DNA of 64,000 bases. Origin: a virus. Made by a program: the position numbers and the translations under genes. Below are positions 10,712 to 21,760 of this stretch, in pieces (the first letter of the stretch is position 1; every line of letters starts with the position of its first letter). Below the pieces are notes generated by a model. It worked only from the letters and a program-made list of their open reading frames with translations. It was not told where the DNA came from and did no database searches. The DNA is taken from IMG/VR virus record IMGVR_UViG_3300040801_001572, positions 32,001 through 96,000 of that record; one strand, written 5' to 3'.

Positions 10712-13700
10712 TTAAAGTCTCAAGTTTGTATCAGTATAGTTTGCTACAATTACCACGCTGTCTACTGTAGCAGTAGACAGGAATATTTCATCTGGGTTTG
10801 ATGTAATTTCGAATAAGTCGCCGAATTCTGATTCTTCCTTTTCAGGAACAATCACCACTGAGCTAAGGAATCTACTTAGCTGTGTATGGATAAACGCAGC
10901 TAGTTCTGTATAGTAGAATGTTTCACCGAAGTCCCAGTTATCAATATCAAAGTATTCATCAATTGCATCGATAATTCTTGTTTTCAACTCGTTGTCACTA
11001 ATTGTTGCAGTCGGTATTTTTACTGCCTTAAATGTTGCTCTTAGCTCTGGCTCTGCTTGCGGACCAAACAGAATTTTAAACTTGCCCGAGTTGTAAATAA
11101 TCTCATCTGAGATGCTCTTAAACTGGTTAAGTTCCCCAAACTGAACTCTTAGCTCTTCAGTTGTCGGAGGAGCCGGCAGATCAGCAGCAGTTCCTCTTTC
11201 GTCTTTCCATACTAAGACTGCATCGTTATACGAATTTGTTAATAGAACAGTGTCAATGATGTTAGTCGAGCTCGGATCAATTCTTTGGTCGGCTGGAGCA
11301 ACATGATTCCATTTGTAAACTAAAATCTCTCTGTCCGGAATCGGCACATTAGTATCTTGGTTGAACGATATGCCGTTTCTTCCGAAGTGGTTTGGATCTT
11401 GTTCTTCTGTAACAACAGTTCCATTTAACACTAAGTTTCGATACACAGGTGTGCCAATGTTTGTGCCCACAGGGCCTACGCGAAGTGTCTTGCTGTTAAT
11501 TGTAGAAACAAACGTTGACAGGTTCACGTTGGTCGAATACGTTGCATTTAGGATGTTCACAATCTCATCAATTACTGCTTGATCTAAGAAGATGAATATG
11601 TCCGCATCGCTTAATGCTAGTTCCAGGCCGCTGCCTTGTCCGAATCCCATCTCATCAATTGTTGCATTTGGTGTAGTAGGAATAATCACTTCTATGTTTG
11701 CCGCAGTTACAGATCCTAACAAATCACTCTGCCCGGACACCCACGGTCTTGTTCTTTCGTATCCGTCGATGTCTATAAATCTTTCAAAGATCACTTCGTC
11801 GTCGTCTGCTACTAGTTTTCTAAACGCAGCAGGTACATCCGGTGCTCCGTCTTCGTCTTGGTCAGCAGCTACTACTTCTATCTTTGCAGGATCCTGGAAA
11901 CCATCTTCCTGAATGAATACACCGGAAAGCTCCCAGCTTACTGTCTCGTCTAGTGGCTGGCCGTCTGCGTCGGTGTTTACATTTTTCACAATGTCAATTG
12001 TGTCTTGTACTGGTCTACCTGTTTGTGCGCTGAACACCTGCTGGTCAGGATCGAAGAAAAATCTAGCTTGGTTAAGTGATTCGAAAATTGTCACTGTTCC
12101 TCTAGAAATAAATTCGTAACTGTCGGCCTGGCCTTGTCCGCTGTTAAACTTCGCAAGTATTAACCACTCGCCTGGCTCAGCTCCTTGGATTAAGTTGCCG
12201 CCTGGTGCATTTAATTGGAATTGTGCAAATTCATCGACTTGTGCTGCATCTAGCACATACCACGGGTCAGCATTGTTACCGACGTTGTAGCCAAGTGCAA
12301 AGTCAACTCTCGCGGTAATTCTCGATTCGATGTCTGCTAACACCGATGCACTAAAGCTGTCGTTGAAGTTCGGGAAAACTTCAACGGCTTGATAATTTCT
12401 AATTACTTCCGCACCTAGTTCGATTGGACCGATACTGAATCCACTGCCAACAACACCGTTGTTAACAATTGACCTTACTGCAATGTTTCTAGTTTCTGTA
12501 GGAGTAGTTGCATTATCTTGGAAGATAAGTGTTGCTCCGCCCTCAATGTAAGAGTATGCAGGATTAGCCTGAGTAGAAACATTAATGCTGCTGTTTGGAT
12601 TATTCGAAGAAGAGTCTGTACTCAAGAAGCCAGTATCGTTTTTGGTCTTGTCTGGCAGATTCCTCCAGAAGTTCCCGTTAGTTCCAGTGAGCTCGAAATA
12701 ATTTTCGCCCGCATTACTAGGCTCTAAGAATTCACTTAGGTAATCGTTGTCAAAGAATGTTTGCAACGCCGTACTTTGTGCAAATTGTTCAATTTGGAAA
12801 GTAACTGCATCAGTAATCTCACTTTCTACTGTGCTGGTCAATTCAATTACAGATCTTTGTTCTTCGTTGTCGTTGTACAAGGCGCCATCGTCGCCCAACA
12901 CTGTTAGATCGGTATGGAAACCAGTCGGATCGTTTACTGCGATATAACGACTGTGACCTGCGTGAGTCCTATTAATAGCACGTATTTTTGCAATTTCGTT
13001 TCCGCGTAGCAAAGGAAAGACATTATAGTCTTCGTTGTTCACCATGCGCTCTTGCGTATAGTAGGTTTGCGGAGCACGTAGTTTAATCTGCTCGTCTGTT
13101 TCCGTTGCTGCACCATTTGCCACAGTCTGTAGCAAATCAAATGTAATAGTTAAGTTATAAGTCTGTCCATCTACACCAACATAAGGAATAGTGATTTGCA
13201 ATCCTGTTGCATCTTCCGGGCGAATAACAATGTTACGTCCGATGCTGGTTCTGTACCAGTAACGCAAAATGCCAGTTGGTGTATTACCGAAATTACCATC
13301 AGCATACTTGACAGAGATTCTATCGTTAACTTGTGTGATAACTTCGAATATATTTCTTTCGTTAAAGTTGACACTGTTAAAAATAACATTCGAGCCACTA
13401 ACACTAGGAACCTGCTCCCACTGGTTAATCACAACGCCCTGGTCGTCAATCTCTTGTACATACACATCAGTTTGGTTAATGTTGTCAACGTTAATGTCTT
13501 CTACACGGTTAGGAACAGGGAAATCATAACGGAAGTCCTGTTTCTGTAGTGTTCCCTGGCGGAAGTACAAAAAGAAACCTGTGTTATCGGAACTAGTGCC
13601 TAAACTGTCGTTTCTGTACAGCATGCCAAACGGTGCATCTGGATCTGGATCTCTCTCAAATATAGTCTCACCGTCGACAAAGTCAGGATTAACAACATCA

Positions 13701-14335
13701 ACAGGAACAGTCTCTCCGTTTACACGTATTGACACAGGCTGTGTCACGTTAAGACCCAGCACATTGTTTAGTTCGTACAGGTCAGTAGGAATACTGCCAA
13801 TTGTTCCGCTTTTAGTAGGACGGCCAAATGGATTAGTAGGGCTCAGTGCATTATTAATGATAGTAAGGAACTGATCGAACCAGTCTGGGTTGTTAGGATC
13901 ACTCCAAAATACCGCAGTGTTTTGCAAGCTGTTACCGACGCTGTCTGTAAGGGGCTGCGTTGTTCTTATGCTTGCTACTTTAAACAGTCCATTTGCTGCT
14001 AGGTTGCGTCGAGGCTGATAATTAATAAGTCTCGCAAGACGCACAATGCTTTCGCGTCTTTGGGCAGTGTCCATGATGTTTTCACGGCTGTTAAGATCGA
14101 CACGAAACGCTAGGCTAGTTCCTAGATACGCTAACAATTCAATGATTGCAATAAATTCTGAACTTTCAATGTAGTCATTGAAATCTTCTGGATACTGTGT
14201 TCTTACGTACTCAACCAATGCTTGTTTGATTGTGTCGAAATCATATGCGGTAAAATCAATGTCCTGGAAAGACTTATAGATTTTAGTGAAATCTTCAGCC
14301 GCAAACAGATTGCTCTGTCTAACTATCTGACTCAT
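10712..14335 (-). CDS. Baseplate wedge subunit (T4 gp6-like)
   Basis: N-terminal DFDTIKQAL...FNDY..SS motif, YADGNFGN and ETDEQIKLRAP...QERMV..EDY motifs; next to gp25-like gene. Confidence 0.85.
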   Translation of the reverse strand: MSQIVRQSNLFAAEDFTKIYKSFQDIDFTAYDFDTIKQALVEYVRTQYPEDFNDYIESSEFIAIIELLAYLGTSLAFRVDLNSRENIMDTAQRRESIVRLARLINYQPRRNLAANGLFKVASIRTTQPLTDSVGNSLQNTAVFWSDPNNPDWFDQFLTIINNALSPTNPFGRPTKSGTIGSIPTDLYELNNVLGLNVTQPVSIRVNGETVPVDVVNPDFVDGETIFERDPDPDAPFGMLYRNDSLGTSSDNTGFFLYFRQGTLQKQDFRYDFPVPNRVEDINVDNINQTDVYVQEIDDQGVVINQWEQVPSVSGSNVIFNSVNFNERNIFEVITQVNDRISVKYADGNFGNTPTGILRYWYRTSIGRNIVIRPEDATGLQITIPYVGVDGQTYNLTITFDLLQTVANGAATETDEQIKLRAPQTYYTQERMVNNEDYNVFPLLRGNEIAKIRAINRTHAGHSRYIAVNDPTGFHTDLTVLGDDGALYNDNEEQRSVIELTSTVESEITDAVTFQIEQFAQSTALQTFFDNDYLSEFLEPSNAGENYFELTGTNGNFWRNLPDKTKNDTGFLSTDSSSNNPNSSINVSTQANPAYSYIEGGATLIFQDNATTPTETRNIAVRSIVNNGVVGSGFSIGPIELGAEVIRNYQAVEVFPNFNDSFSASVLADIESRITARVDFALGYNVGNNADPWYVLDAAQVDEFAQFQLNAPGGNLIQGAEPGEWLILAKFNSGQGQADSYEFISRGTVTIFESLNQARFFFDPDQQVFSAQTGRPVQDTIDIVKNVNTDADGQPLDETVSWELSGVFIQEDGFQDPAKIEVVAADQDEDGAPDVPAAFRKLVADDDEVIFERFIDIDGYERTRPWVSGQSDLLGSVTAANIEVIIPTTPNATIDEMGFGQGSGLELALSDADIFIFLDQAVIDEIVNILNATYSTNVNLSTFVSTINSKTLRVGPVGTNIGTPVYRNLVLNGTVVTEEQDPNHFGRNGISFNQDTNVPIPDREILVYKWNHVAPADQRIDPSSTNIIDTVLLTNSYNDAVLVWKDERGTAADLPAPPTTEELRVQFGELNQFKSISDEIIYNSGKFKILFGPQAEPELRATFKAVKIPTATISDNELKTRIIDAIDEYFDIDNWDFGETFYYTELAAFIHTQLSRFLSSVVIVPEKEESEFGDLFEITSNPDEIFLSTATVDSVVIVANYTDTNLRL

Positions 14336-14739
14336 TAAACTGCGTCCTCGCTGTCTCTGACAAAGTCAATAAACAATGTCTCTGCTGTGTCGCCTGGCGT
14401 ATAAATTAATCTTAGTTCGATCTGAAGACCGTAGTCTGTTTCGACTACATTGGAACTTTCTAGTGTTGCACGAGGCTCAAATGTAAGAACACGGTCGATG
14501 TCTTCTAGTACTTCATCTCTAGTAAAGTCATCAAACGGCTCAAACAACAAATCATGAATTCTGCTTCCGAACTCTGGTAACATCACACGTTCGCCGATTC
14601 TAGTCTGAAACACATTAAGTAGATCTTGCTTAACACACTCAATATCGGTAACCGTGTAAGGCGGCTGAGTTCTTTGGTAGGTAGTGAATCCAACATATGT
14701 TGGTGTGCTAGCTCTGCTTTGCTGTGTAATAATCGGCAT
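14335..14739 (-). CDS. Baseplate wedge protein, gp25/GPW-like
   Basis: KQDLLNVFQTRIGERVMLPEFGS...LLFEP...EPR signature; ATG at 14739 preferred over the upstream TTG. Confidence 0.85.
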   Translation of the reverse strand: MPIITQQSRASTPTYVGFTTYQRTQPPYTVTDIECVKQDLLNVFQTRIGERVMLPEFGSRIHDLLFEPFDDFTRDEVLEDIDRVLTFEPRATLESSNVVETDYGLQIELRLIYTPGDTAETLFIDFVRDSEDAV

Positions 14740-14801
14740 TTTTGTTTCCAAAATTCATTTTCGTTTATTTATCATGGAATAATTAAGTGGTGTTTTAATT
14801 C

Positions 14802-14830
14802 TTGACATCAGCATTTCACGGTGCTATTAT
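14802..14830 (+). promoter_or_regulatory. sigma70-type early promoter
   Basis: TTGACA-17-TATTAT with TG extension. Confidence 0.75.
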
Positions 14831-14879
14831 TAGCGAGTGACTTAGGTCATACTGTGTTCAATAACCGAGAAATATAATA

Positions 14880-15116
14880 ATGAGCAGAAAAATTGACATC
14901 TCTCGTTTCGAATCTTTAGTTGGTGCTGCTGAGAAATATAACAGCAGCCATCCTGGCAAAAGATTTTACCCAATCCAAACACGAGAAGGAAAGATCTTGA
15001 TCTTCGGTATGTATGATTACAAGACCAAGAAATATTCCGTGTCTAAGCCGTTTGAGGACGTCAATAAGATTTTTGACGAAATTGAACAGATGCTCAAGCG
15101 AGCAAAAGCGCTTTAA
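14880..15116 (+). CDS. Hypothetical early protein (78 aa) in its own promoter/terminator cassette
   Basis: ORF track; bounded by the 14802 promoter and the 15121 hairpin. Confidence 0.65.
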   Translation: MSRKIDISRFESLVGAAEKYNSSHPGKRFYPIQTREGKILIFGMYDYKTKKYSVSKPFEDVNKIFDEIEQMLKRAKAL

Positions 15117-15120
15117 TTAA

Positions 15121-15140
15121 AGGGGCTTCGGCCCCTATTC
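15121..15140 (+). terminator. Intrinsic terminator hairpin, possibly bidirectional
   Basis: AGGGGC-TTCG-GCCCCT. Confidence 0.65.
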
Positions 15141-15198
15141 AAGAATAAAAGACCTTCAACTGTCGGGAAAAAACTCTTTTTCTGACATAAATATCTAT

Positions 15199-15411
15199 AT
15201 GAATATTAAAGAAGAACTCGAGTTAGCTGAAAGAGAACGCAGAGAATTCGAAGATAGTTTACCCCTAGAAGAAGAGAAAATTCGTCGGCTGATGAAGCGT
15301 AATCCTGAGTTAGAATATCCTAGATCCAGGGAATGGGCAATCGAAGAAATTCGAAAAATGTACAAGATAAGAATCGATTTACTAGAAAAAATACTAAAGT
15401 ACTCTAAATAA
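15199..15411 (+). CDS. Hypothetical protein (70 aa), probably leaderless late gene
   Basis: TAAATA + 5 nt + ATG. Confidence 0.6.
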   Translation: MNIKEELELAERERREFEDSLPLEEEKIRRLMKRNPELEYPRSREWAIEEIRKMYKIRIDLLEKILKYSK

Positions 15412-16063
15412 CTTTGCAATTTTCGAAATGCCACCTAACCATTCCCGATTTGTGTCCGGATTTATTGCAATGTGGGCAAGTCACAACGGGCGATAGCTGA
15501 GGTTTTCCTTTCTGTCTGGCAGATATTGCTTCGCCGAAAGATTTATCGTATTTTCTGCCCTTCTGATTTTGCGATCGTTTTTGACGCAACTCGTCAGAGA
15601 TGCCATTTTTGCGAAAATGTGATTTAAGTGATTCGCTAATCTTGATTTTAGTCGAATCAGAGATCTCTCTAGTGCTATTAGATTCCGAAATTCTCTGTCG
15701 CTGGTAGTCGGATAGTTCTCTGCCGGTCATTTGCTCTGAAACAGCATTGGCGTGTTTCCTTCGTAACCAGCCATACATTTTGTTGTTGCCGGCATTGCAA
15801 GTGGATCCGTCGGTCATCCTTTTAACAGCATAGATTAGACTGCGATTGTTGGGATTTAATTTAACCAGTAACTGATGAACGACAAAGTGTTCTTCAGGTG
15901 TCAGATACACTAGATTTTCTATATCATCTGAGCCTCCCAAACACCTAGGTACAATGTGGTGTAACTCAAAGTATCCTTTTTTATTTTTCTTTTGAAGCTT
16001 ACGAATTTTAAATTGATTTAAAGCCGAATATATTATATTGTCGTGTATCTTTTTATAATTCAT
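15404..16063 (-). mobile_element. Free-standing HNH homing endonuclease with NUMOD3-like repeats and C-terminal CxxC module
   Basis: ELHHIVPRCLGGSDDIENLVYLTPEEHFVVH; overlaps the 3' end of the gp5-like gene. Confidence 0.85.
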
Positions 16064-17756
16064 CCTGATCACCACGATTTAAATGTTCTCTGCAGGGTTC
16101 GTAGGTCATGAGCCTTTGAACTATAGTCTGGATCTCTTCTGTGTTGCGATCCCAGTAATTTGGAATTGTAGCGGTCCTCTGTGCGGAAGCAGCAGACACT
16201 CGACTGTTAGGGCCTTGGTCGTTTCCTAGCTTAATTACTGCGTCACCATTAAATTCCGCTAGAACGTTGGTTTTAGTAACTGTAGGAATTGCATCAATTG
16301 GTGTTGCTTCTGCAGCTTCCGGGCCAGTTGGAGGCGAAGGCTGTGATCCAGCACCGCCTCCACCTACGGCAGGATTCGATCCGCCGTGTACGTGTCCTAC
16401 CAATCCTACTGTTGGTGTTTGGAAATTAGTAGCAAACATCGACCCTTCAGCAACGACATTGCCATCTGTTCCGATGGTGCCACCTGCTAGGAATGTACCG
16501 GTAATTTCTAAATTGCCAGAGCTGTCTAAGTTAAAATTAGTTGACTTAGTAGCAGTTGAACCGCCCATGGTCTCTTGGTAATCGCCGTCTACACGTAAAT
16601 CTGCATTACCAGCAACACGCTCTGTTCTATTACCAGTTTGGATATCTGTATCAACATTGCCATTAGTAACTGTCGTGGAAACATTGTCGTCGACTAGAAC
16701 GTTTAGATTATTGGCCGCTTGGATGTTGATATCGCCGCCGGTGCCAGCACCTTCACCTACAATAGCAGTTCCGTCACTGTCTTGGGCAGCTTTCATGTTG
16801 ATACTCTGGCCGGCTTCGATGTTTACATTGCCATCTGCACGTAAATTAAAATCTTGCTCAGACCTCATAGATATGCTTTGGGCGCCAAAGATGTCCACGT
16901 TACCGTCAGCATCCATTTGTATCCACGATGTTCCTGCTTTGTTTATAGCATAAATTAAGCCGTTGGTTTCGTCTAGACGTATCATTGCACCAGAACGTGT
17001 ACGAAAACCGATGTACTCATCGTTGCCGTCAGTGTCGCCGTCGTCCATTACAAAGGTGTGGCCGCCCAGTCTCCCAATTCCTTGCTCCGGGTTGTTTCGT
17101 CTCGGATCAACAGGCCCTGGTGTACTAAGACCAAACACACGACTTGGCGATTCTCTCATTGCAGAGCTAGAAGTTAGCCCTCTCACACGATCACGTATTA
17201 GTCCTTGCTGGCCGATTCCTCTTGTTCTTGTTTCGTGCCAAGGACGTCTAGGGAAAATCTCATCAACTGTATCTAGTGTTCTGTCCCACTTGTTGTATTC
17301 TGATACCGGAACAGGTTCGTCTGGATTAGTTACGCTGACTCCGCCTGGTGCATTGTTCTTGTTCATAGAACTCGATGCGATACCTGGCACTTCATGTAGC
17401 ATGTATTCTTTAAATAGACTTCCGATCCAAAATGCTCTGTCAACTTGTCCACTGGCAAAAATTACCAAAACTTCGTTGTTGATATCGGGAGGCACAGCCC
17501 AAAAACCGTATGCATTTTGTGTGTCTTGTTGCGTATCAACAATGCTTTGCGAGTTAGCATTGCGGTCTGTTGCGCCTGCAAACGGCGAACAATAGTCGCA
17601 GGTAATCCACGTAGACTCGTCGAATTCGTCTCCGTCTTGATCAGGTATCCACACACGAATACGACCTGCTCTTTTTGAGTCTTGGTTATCTTTTACTATA
17701 CCGATATAAATTCGGTCTAGAAATTTTTCGCCTATAGTTCTATGTTGCTTTGGCAT
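16053..17756 (-). CDS. Baseplate hub/central spike, gp5/VgrG-like, with no evident lysozyme domain
   Basis: N-terminal OB-fold motifs (GRIRVWIP, GFWAVPPD), beta-helix repeats, HVH near the C-terminus. Confidence 0.8.
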   Translation of the reverse strand: MPKQHRTIGEKFLDRIYIGIVKDNQDSKRAGRIRVWIPDQDGDEFDESTWITCDYCSPFAGATDRNANSQSIVDTQQDTQNAYGFWAVPPDINNEVLVIFASGQVDRAFWIGSLFKEYMLHEVPGIASSSMNKNNAPGGVSVTNPDEPVPVSEYNKWDRTLDTVDEIFPRRPWHETRTRGIGQQGLIRDRVRGLTSSSAMRESPSRVFGLSTPGPVDPRRNNPEQGIGRLGGHTFVMDDGDTDGNDEYIGFRTRSGAMIRLDETNGLIYAINKAGTSWIQMDADGNVDIFGAQSISMRSEQDFNLRADGNVNIEAGQSINMKAAQDSDGTAIVGEGAGTGGDINIQAANNLNVLVDDNVSTTVTNGNVDTDIQTGNRTERVAGNADLRVDGDYQETMGGSTATKSTNFNLDSSGNLEITGTFLAGGTIGTDGNVVAEGSMFATNFQTPTVGLVGHVHGGSNPAVGGGGAGSQPSPPTGPEAAEATPIDAIPTVTKTNVLAEFNGDAVIKLGNDQGPNSRVSAASAQRTATIPNYWDRNTEEIQTIVQRLMTYEPCREHLNRGDQDEL

Positions 17757-19795
17757 TATTCTTCAATTCTGTTGAATACTTCTTCAATGTTTAATGTCGG
17801 ATCAACAGTTGCAGTCAATCTCTGTGTAAACTTGCCGTTTGAAAATTCGTGATCAATTGTGTTAACTAGATACACACCGTTAATTGCAGTTTCTCTTGCA
17901 CGTACTGTTCCGGTATTAACACCAGGCAATTCTGGAGTTCTTAGCGTGAACACAAACGCCGGCTGACCGATGAAAGAAGCAATCGGCTCGGGTATGTTTG
18001 GGAACGGTTGTCCGGAAGGGTCAGTAGGCTGAACTTCGTCCGGTTCAACAGAAGCGCCGAGCCAGTACGGGTCTCCTTTGATCATAACTTCAATATTAGC
18101 AAGGTCGCCACTCGGTCCCGTGAATGCCTGGTTAAACAAACTGTTCACATATGCTGGGCCACTAGATCTAGTTGTGTCTTGTCCCCTGTTGGTTTTATTA
18201 CCTTCTCTGTTTTTCTCAACAGACGTTTCTAGGAACGCAAGAGGGTACTTTCTAAACTGTGTGCCCTTCTCGAGGTCTTCGATTGTGATTTCCTCAACAA
18301 ATCTTGTTCTGCTTTGTCTTTCTGCAAATGGTATTCTTTCTTCTCGTGCATTATTCAGCAAACGAGTAATTGTTTCTTGTTCTTCGGGCGTTAGTTCGAT
18401 CTGCTGTATTTGTGCTGCTACAGACTCTGCTTCACGAGCAAATTCTGTCGGTGTAAGTTCTCTTGATCTTGCACTGGCTAGCTTGTCTAACAGCTCTGCA
18501 ACCTGTCTTTTGTTATCTCTCAGTCGTTGCAGGTCTTCTGCGAACTTCTTGCCTTCCGCTACGTGAGCATAGTCAGTTCCAAACCCTCCCTGCACTGGCA
18601 TGTTTACGTACCAGGAGAAGTTAAAGGTCAAATCAAACTCTAGCACCTGGTCGTTCTGGCCGGTAAATATGAAATAATATCTTTTGGCAAGAAGATCATT
18701 GTTTAAGTATTGCTGAAAACGATCTGAAGAACTGATATTAGTGTCAGCATTGTTAGCAACAATCTGCCCCATGAGATGAGGAACAACAATGTATGTAAAT
18801 TCACGCTGATATACTCCACGGCCGGTGTCGTACTCAAGCTGTCTTGTTTTAGTAATCACTCGGTGCAACTGTTTTAGTTCACCGTCTCTCTTGTCACGCT
18901 TGGCATCGTTGTTTTCTGTGTCGGTTTGCTGAGCAACTCGTTGGTAATCGGGACTAGAGGTCACAATTCTATTCACAGTATCAATGATGCTGATATTCTG
19001 TTCTGTTTTGATGGTTTTAACTTCGCTGCTGCCGACTTCGTCTTCCGTAAAGCCCGCATTACGATTAAGGTTAGCAAGGTCAGCATCTGTTAAGCGATAT
19101 GCAGCAATAGTAGGGTCTACAACAAATCGATACTGGTCAGGCTTCGTTAGGCCCGTAACAGACTGCTGCACAGATCTTAACGACATTTGCGTTGCTAATT
19201 GGTCAAGTGCTCCGCCTACTGTTCGGTCTGTAATTTGCCAGCTCTTGCTTACCATTCCGAACTCGTCTCTTTGTACAGCTTCGTCGTAATGATATGCAGT
19301 TACAGAATACGTGGAGCCACCTGCATCGATTGCAGTTTCTACTGAACCAATCAGTACTGGCCAGCGATATGTTAGGTTCGGAATAGAACCCTGTGGCTCG
19401 GATCCATTTGGCTCTTGCCTGTTTGCTTTGAACGTTAACTGAATGAAATATGGAATCTGAAAATAATTTTCTACGCCTAACTCTAAACTTGCAGCAATAA
19501 TTTTGTCAATTAAACTTGCGCCTGTGAATTCTCTCAGTGTCATGCTGAGCTGAGTAAATGTAGAGTTTTTAGAAGCCTTTGAATAACTAGGGTGGCTGCG
19601 AAATGTGAAATCTTCAATAAACACCTGGCTAGTTACACCAGACTGTGCAATCACAATTCCGTTAGACGGATCCCAGTCGACGGATCGGTTCTCGCTGCGA
19701 ATACTACGGTTCGGCAACATATAAAATGTTAAGTTATATGTTGTTAAGTTGTATTCGTCTAGTATGTTTCCCTGTGGTGTAAAGGTAGTGCTCAT
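17756..19795 (-). CDS. Putative baseplate hub protein (gp27-like)
   Basis: Position upstream of gp5; IKGDP and GVYLV..IDHEFSNGKFTQ motifs. Confidence 0.6.
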   Translation of the reverse strand: MSTTFTPQGNILDEYNLTTYNLTFYMLPNRSIRSENRSVDWDPSNGIVIAQSGVTSQVFIEDFTFRSHPSYSKASKNSTFTQLSMTLREFTGASLIDKIIAASLELGVENYFQIPYFIQLTFKANRQEPNGSEPQGSIPNLTYRWPVLIGSVETAIDAGGSTYSVTAYHYDEAVQRDEFGMVSKSWQITDRTVGGALDQLATQMSLRSVQQSVTGLTKPDQYRFVVDPTIAAYRLTDADLANLNRNAGFTEDEVGSSEVKTIKTEQNISIIDTVNRIVTSSPDYQRVAQQTDTENNDAKRDKRDGELKQLHRVITKTRQLEYDTGRGVYQREFTYIVVPHLMGQIVANNADTNISSSDRFQQYLNNDLLAKRYYFIFTGQNDQVLEFDLTFNFSWYVNMPVQGGFGTDYAHVAEGKKFAEDLQRLRDNKRQVAELLDKLASARSRELTPTEFAREAESVAAQIQQIELTPEEQETITRLLNNAREERIPFAERQSRTRFVEEITIEDLEKGTQFRKYPLAFLETSVEKNREGNKTNRGQDTTRSSGPAYVNSLFNQAFTGPSGDLANIEVMIKGDPYWLGASVEPDEVQPTDPSGQPFPNIPEPIASFIGQPAFVFTLRTPELPGVNTGTVRARETAINGVYLVNTIDHEFSNGKFTQRLTATVDPTLNIEEVFNRIEE

Positions 19796-20100
19796 TAGCT
19801 CAGTGATGGTAGTCTTTCAACTGCGTCTCTTGTTGGCGCAAAGATTAATATGCCCGACCTAAAATCATTGATAGGATCGATCAGTGTATCTGGATTTCTT
19901 ATTGCAAATACCCACCACAATCTTGGTGTACCGTACAGATCAAATGATAGCAGGTCTGGTCTTTCGTCGTACTTCGGGTCAACTTCAATCAACAGATCGT
20001 TTGGACTTTCGGGTATTTCTATTTCGGTCCAGAGATCCAAATAGAAATCTTTAATCGGTGTCCCGCGATATCTACTAGTAAACTTATGAATATCAGCCAT
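19795..20100 (-). CDS. Baseplate wedge protein, gp53/LysM-like
   Basis: ERPDLLSFDLYGTPRLWWVFA..N motif. Confidence 0.8.
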   Translation of the reverse strand: MADIHKFTSRYRGTPIKDFYLDLWTEIEIPESPNDLLIEVDPKYDERPDLLSFDLYGTPRLWWVFAIRNPDTLIDPINDFRSGILIFAPTRDAVERLPSLS

Positions 20101-20756
20101 TAGATAAATCCTGTATTACCGTCTCTATCTGCTAACAAGTCGCCATTTCTAAACTTAGCAAGATCGAAGTTTTCTCTAACTGTTCTTGGATTGTAGTTAA
20201 CATCCATAGTTATTGTGATGTTAATAAAAGTAGGCACATATGTGGTTTTGCCGTCTACTTCGACTGCAACGTAATCAACATCAGGCTGTAGAGCATAGGT
20301 GTAAGATTTGATAATAACTGGAACGTTAGTGAACATCTTTTCACCTAAGTAACTGAAGTTAACAATAGGAGGTGGAGTTCCTGCTAGGTTGCCGCCTTGT
20401 CTACCAAAGTTACTTTTAGTCACTGTCCTAAAGAAGTGCATACAGCCTAGCGTGTATTCGGCTTCTTCTTGTGTTTGACTAGTAAAGTCACAGGTAAGCA
20501 CAATTTCACTGATATAGGATCTAGAATACGCATTGTATTTGTAGATAGCATGAGTAAAGGTGTACTCTTCGTATTCTGCGTTGCCGGTTACCTGAATTGT
20601 CGGAGTGTAAGGAAACACTAATCCTCTTTTGTCTCGCAGCGGTCTAGTGATGTCTCCGGAGCCAAACAAATTCTCAAGTCTCGACGGGGCACCTGCACCA
20701 CTGGTCGCAGTGTTTCCTGTGCCTCTAGGGGTAATTCTCGCTCTAAAGTCTGGCAT
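20100..20756 (-). CDS. Baseplate/tail tube initiator-like protein (gp48/gp54-like)
   Basis: FPYTP and GTPPPIV motifs; position in the baseplate operon. Confidence 0.6.
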   Translation of the reverse strand: MPDFRARITPRGTGNTATSGAGAPSRLENLFGSGDITRPLRDKRGLVFPYTPTIQVTGNAEYEEYTFTHAIYKYNAYSRSYISEIVLTCDFTSQTQEEAEYTLGCMHFFRTVTKSNFGRQGGNLAGTPPPIVNFSYLGEKMFTNVPVIIKSYTYALQPDVDYVAVEVDGKTTYVPTFINITITMDVNYNPRTVRENFDLAKFRNGDLLADRDGNTGFI

Positions 20757-20828
20757 AATGTTCTCCGGTTTTCATTATTTATCAGAACATAATTAACTGC
20801 GTATTTAACTCGATAAATAGTATGTCGG

Positions 20829-20858
20829 TTGACATCCTGTTCCGATTTCACGTATAAT
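20829..20858 (+). promoter_or_regulatory. sigma70 promoter for the late sigma gene, next to divergent late TAAATA boxes (20777 minus, 20814 plus)
   Basis: TTGACA-18-TATAAT. Confidence 0.75.
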
Positions 20859-20897
20859 TGCAGCATAATAACTATAACACTTGCAAAGGATTGCTTA

Positions 20898-21749
20898 GTG
20901 AAAAAGAAAATCAATTATCTCAATAACAAGGATATGTTGTTAGAGATACACAGAAGCAAATTGTCCTTTTGCGACTACAAAGATCCTGAACATGGTTGGT
21001 TCGATCTGATCGTAGAAAATGTCGAAGATATCACAGCAGATGTAATTGACGAAGCAAAAGAGCGCAGAGCTGCTAGAATTGCTGACATGGCTTACAGAAA
21101 GGCTTTGTACGAGTCTACTAGCACGCCACGGCCAAAATTAAGCGAATACAAGTTCGATCCACAAACAATCGACGATTCGGAATTGGTATTTCGAGTGGTT
21201 ACTTGGGAACATATTCCGGAAGAACCAGGCCGTAAGAAGAACCCTAAAACAGTTGCTGACCACCATGTTCGCCTGAACTTTATTCCGTTCAAGCATTATG
21301 TGCTAGATCTAAGTAAAACTGTAAAGAAAGGCCCATTGCCTGTTATTGAAGTTTTGCGTTCTCACACAAAGGACGGCGAGTTCTGCATGACCCACGGATC
21401 AATTACCGATAAATTGGCTAAAATGTACATGCTGATGGTAAACAAGTATAGTCAGAAATCCAACTGGCGTGGGTACACATATCTAGAAGAAATGAAAGGA
21501 CAAGCGCTGTTACAGCTTAGTCAAATGGGACTACAGTTCAACGAAGCAAAATCGGATAATCCTTTCTCATATTACACAGCTTCTATCACAAATAGCTTTA
21601 CTCGTGTTCTGAACATTGAAAAGAAAAATCAGAACCTCAGGGATGACCTGCTCGTAGATGCAGGACAGAATCCAAGTTTCACTCGCCAGCTCGAGATTGA
21701 ACAAGAGATTCGAAAAATGCGAGAAGACGCTGCAATAGACAGCGAATAA
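20898..21749 (+). CDS. Late transcription sigma factor, T4 gp55-like
   Basis: NYLNNKD, NWRGYTYLEEM and KSDNPFSYYT motifs; upstream of gp47/gp46 as in T4; GTG start with AAGGA. Confidence 0.8.
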   Translation: MKKKINYLNNKDMLLEIHRSKLSFCDYKDPEHGWFDLIVENVEDITADVIDEAKERRAARIADMAYRKALYESTSTPRPKLSEYKFDPQTIDDSELVFRVVTWEHIPEEPGRKKNPKTVADHHVRLNFIPFKHYVLDLSKTVKKGPLPVIEVLRSHTKDGEFCMTHGSITDKLAKMYMLMVNKYSQKSNWRGYTYLEEMKGQALLQLSQMGLQFNEAKSDNPFSYYTASITNSFTRVLNIEKKNQNLRDDLLVDAGQNPSFTRQLEIEQEIRKMREDAAIDSE

Positions 21750-21760
21750 GGAGGGAAACC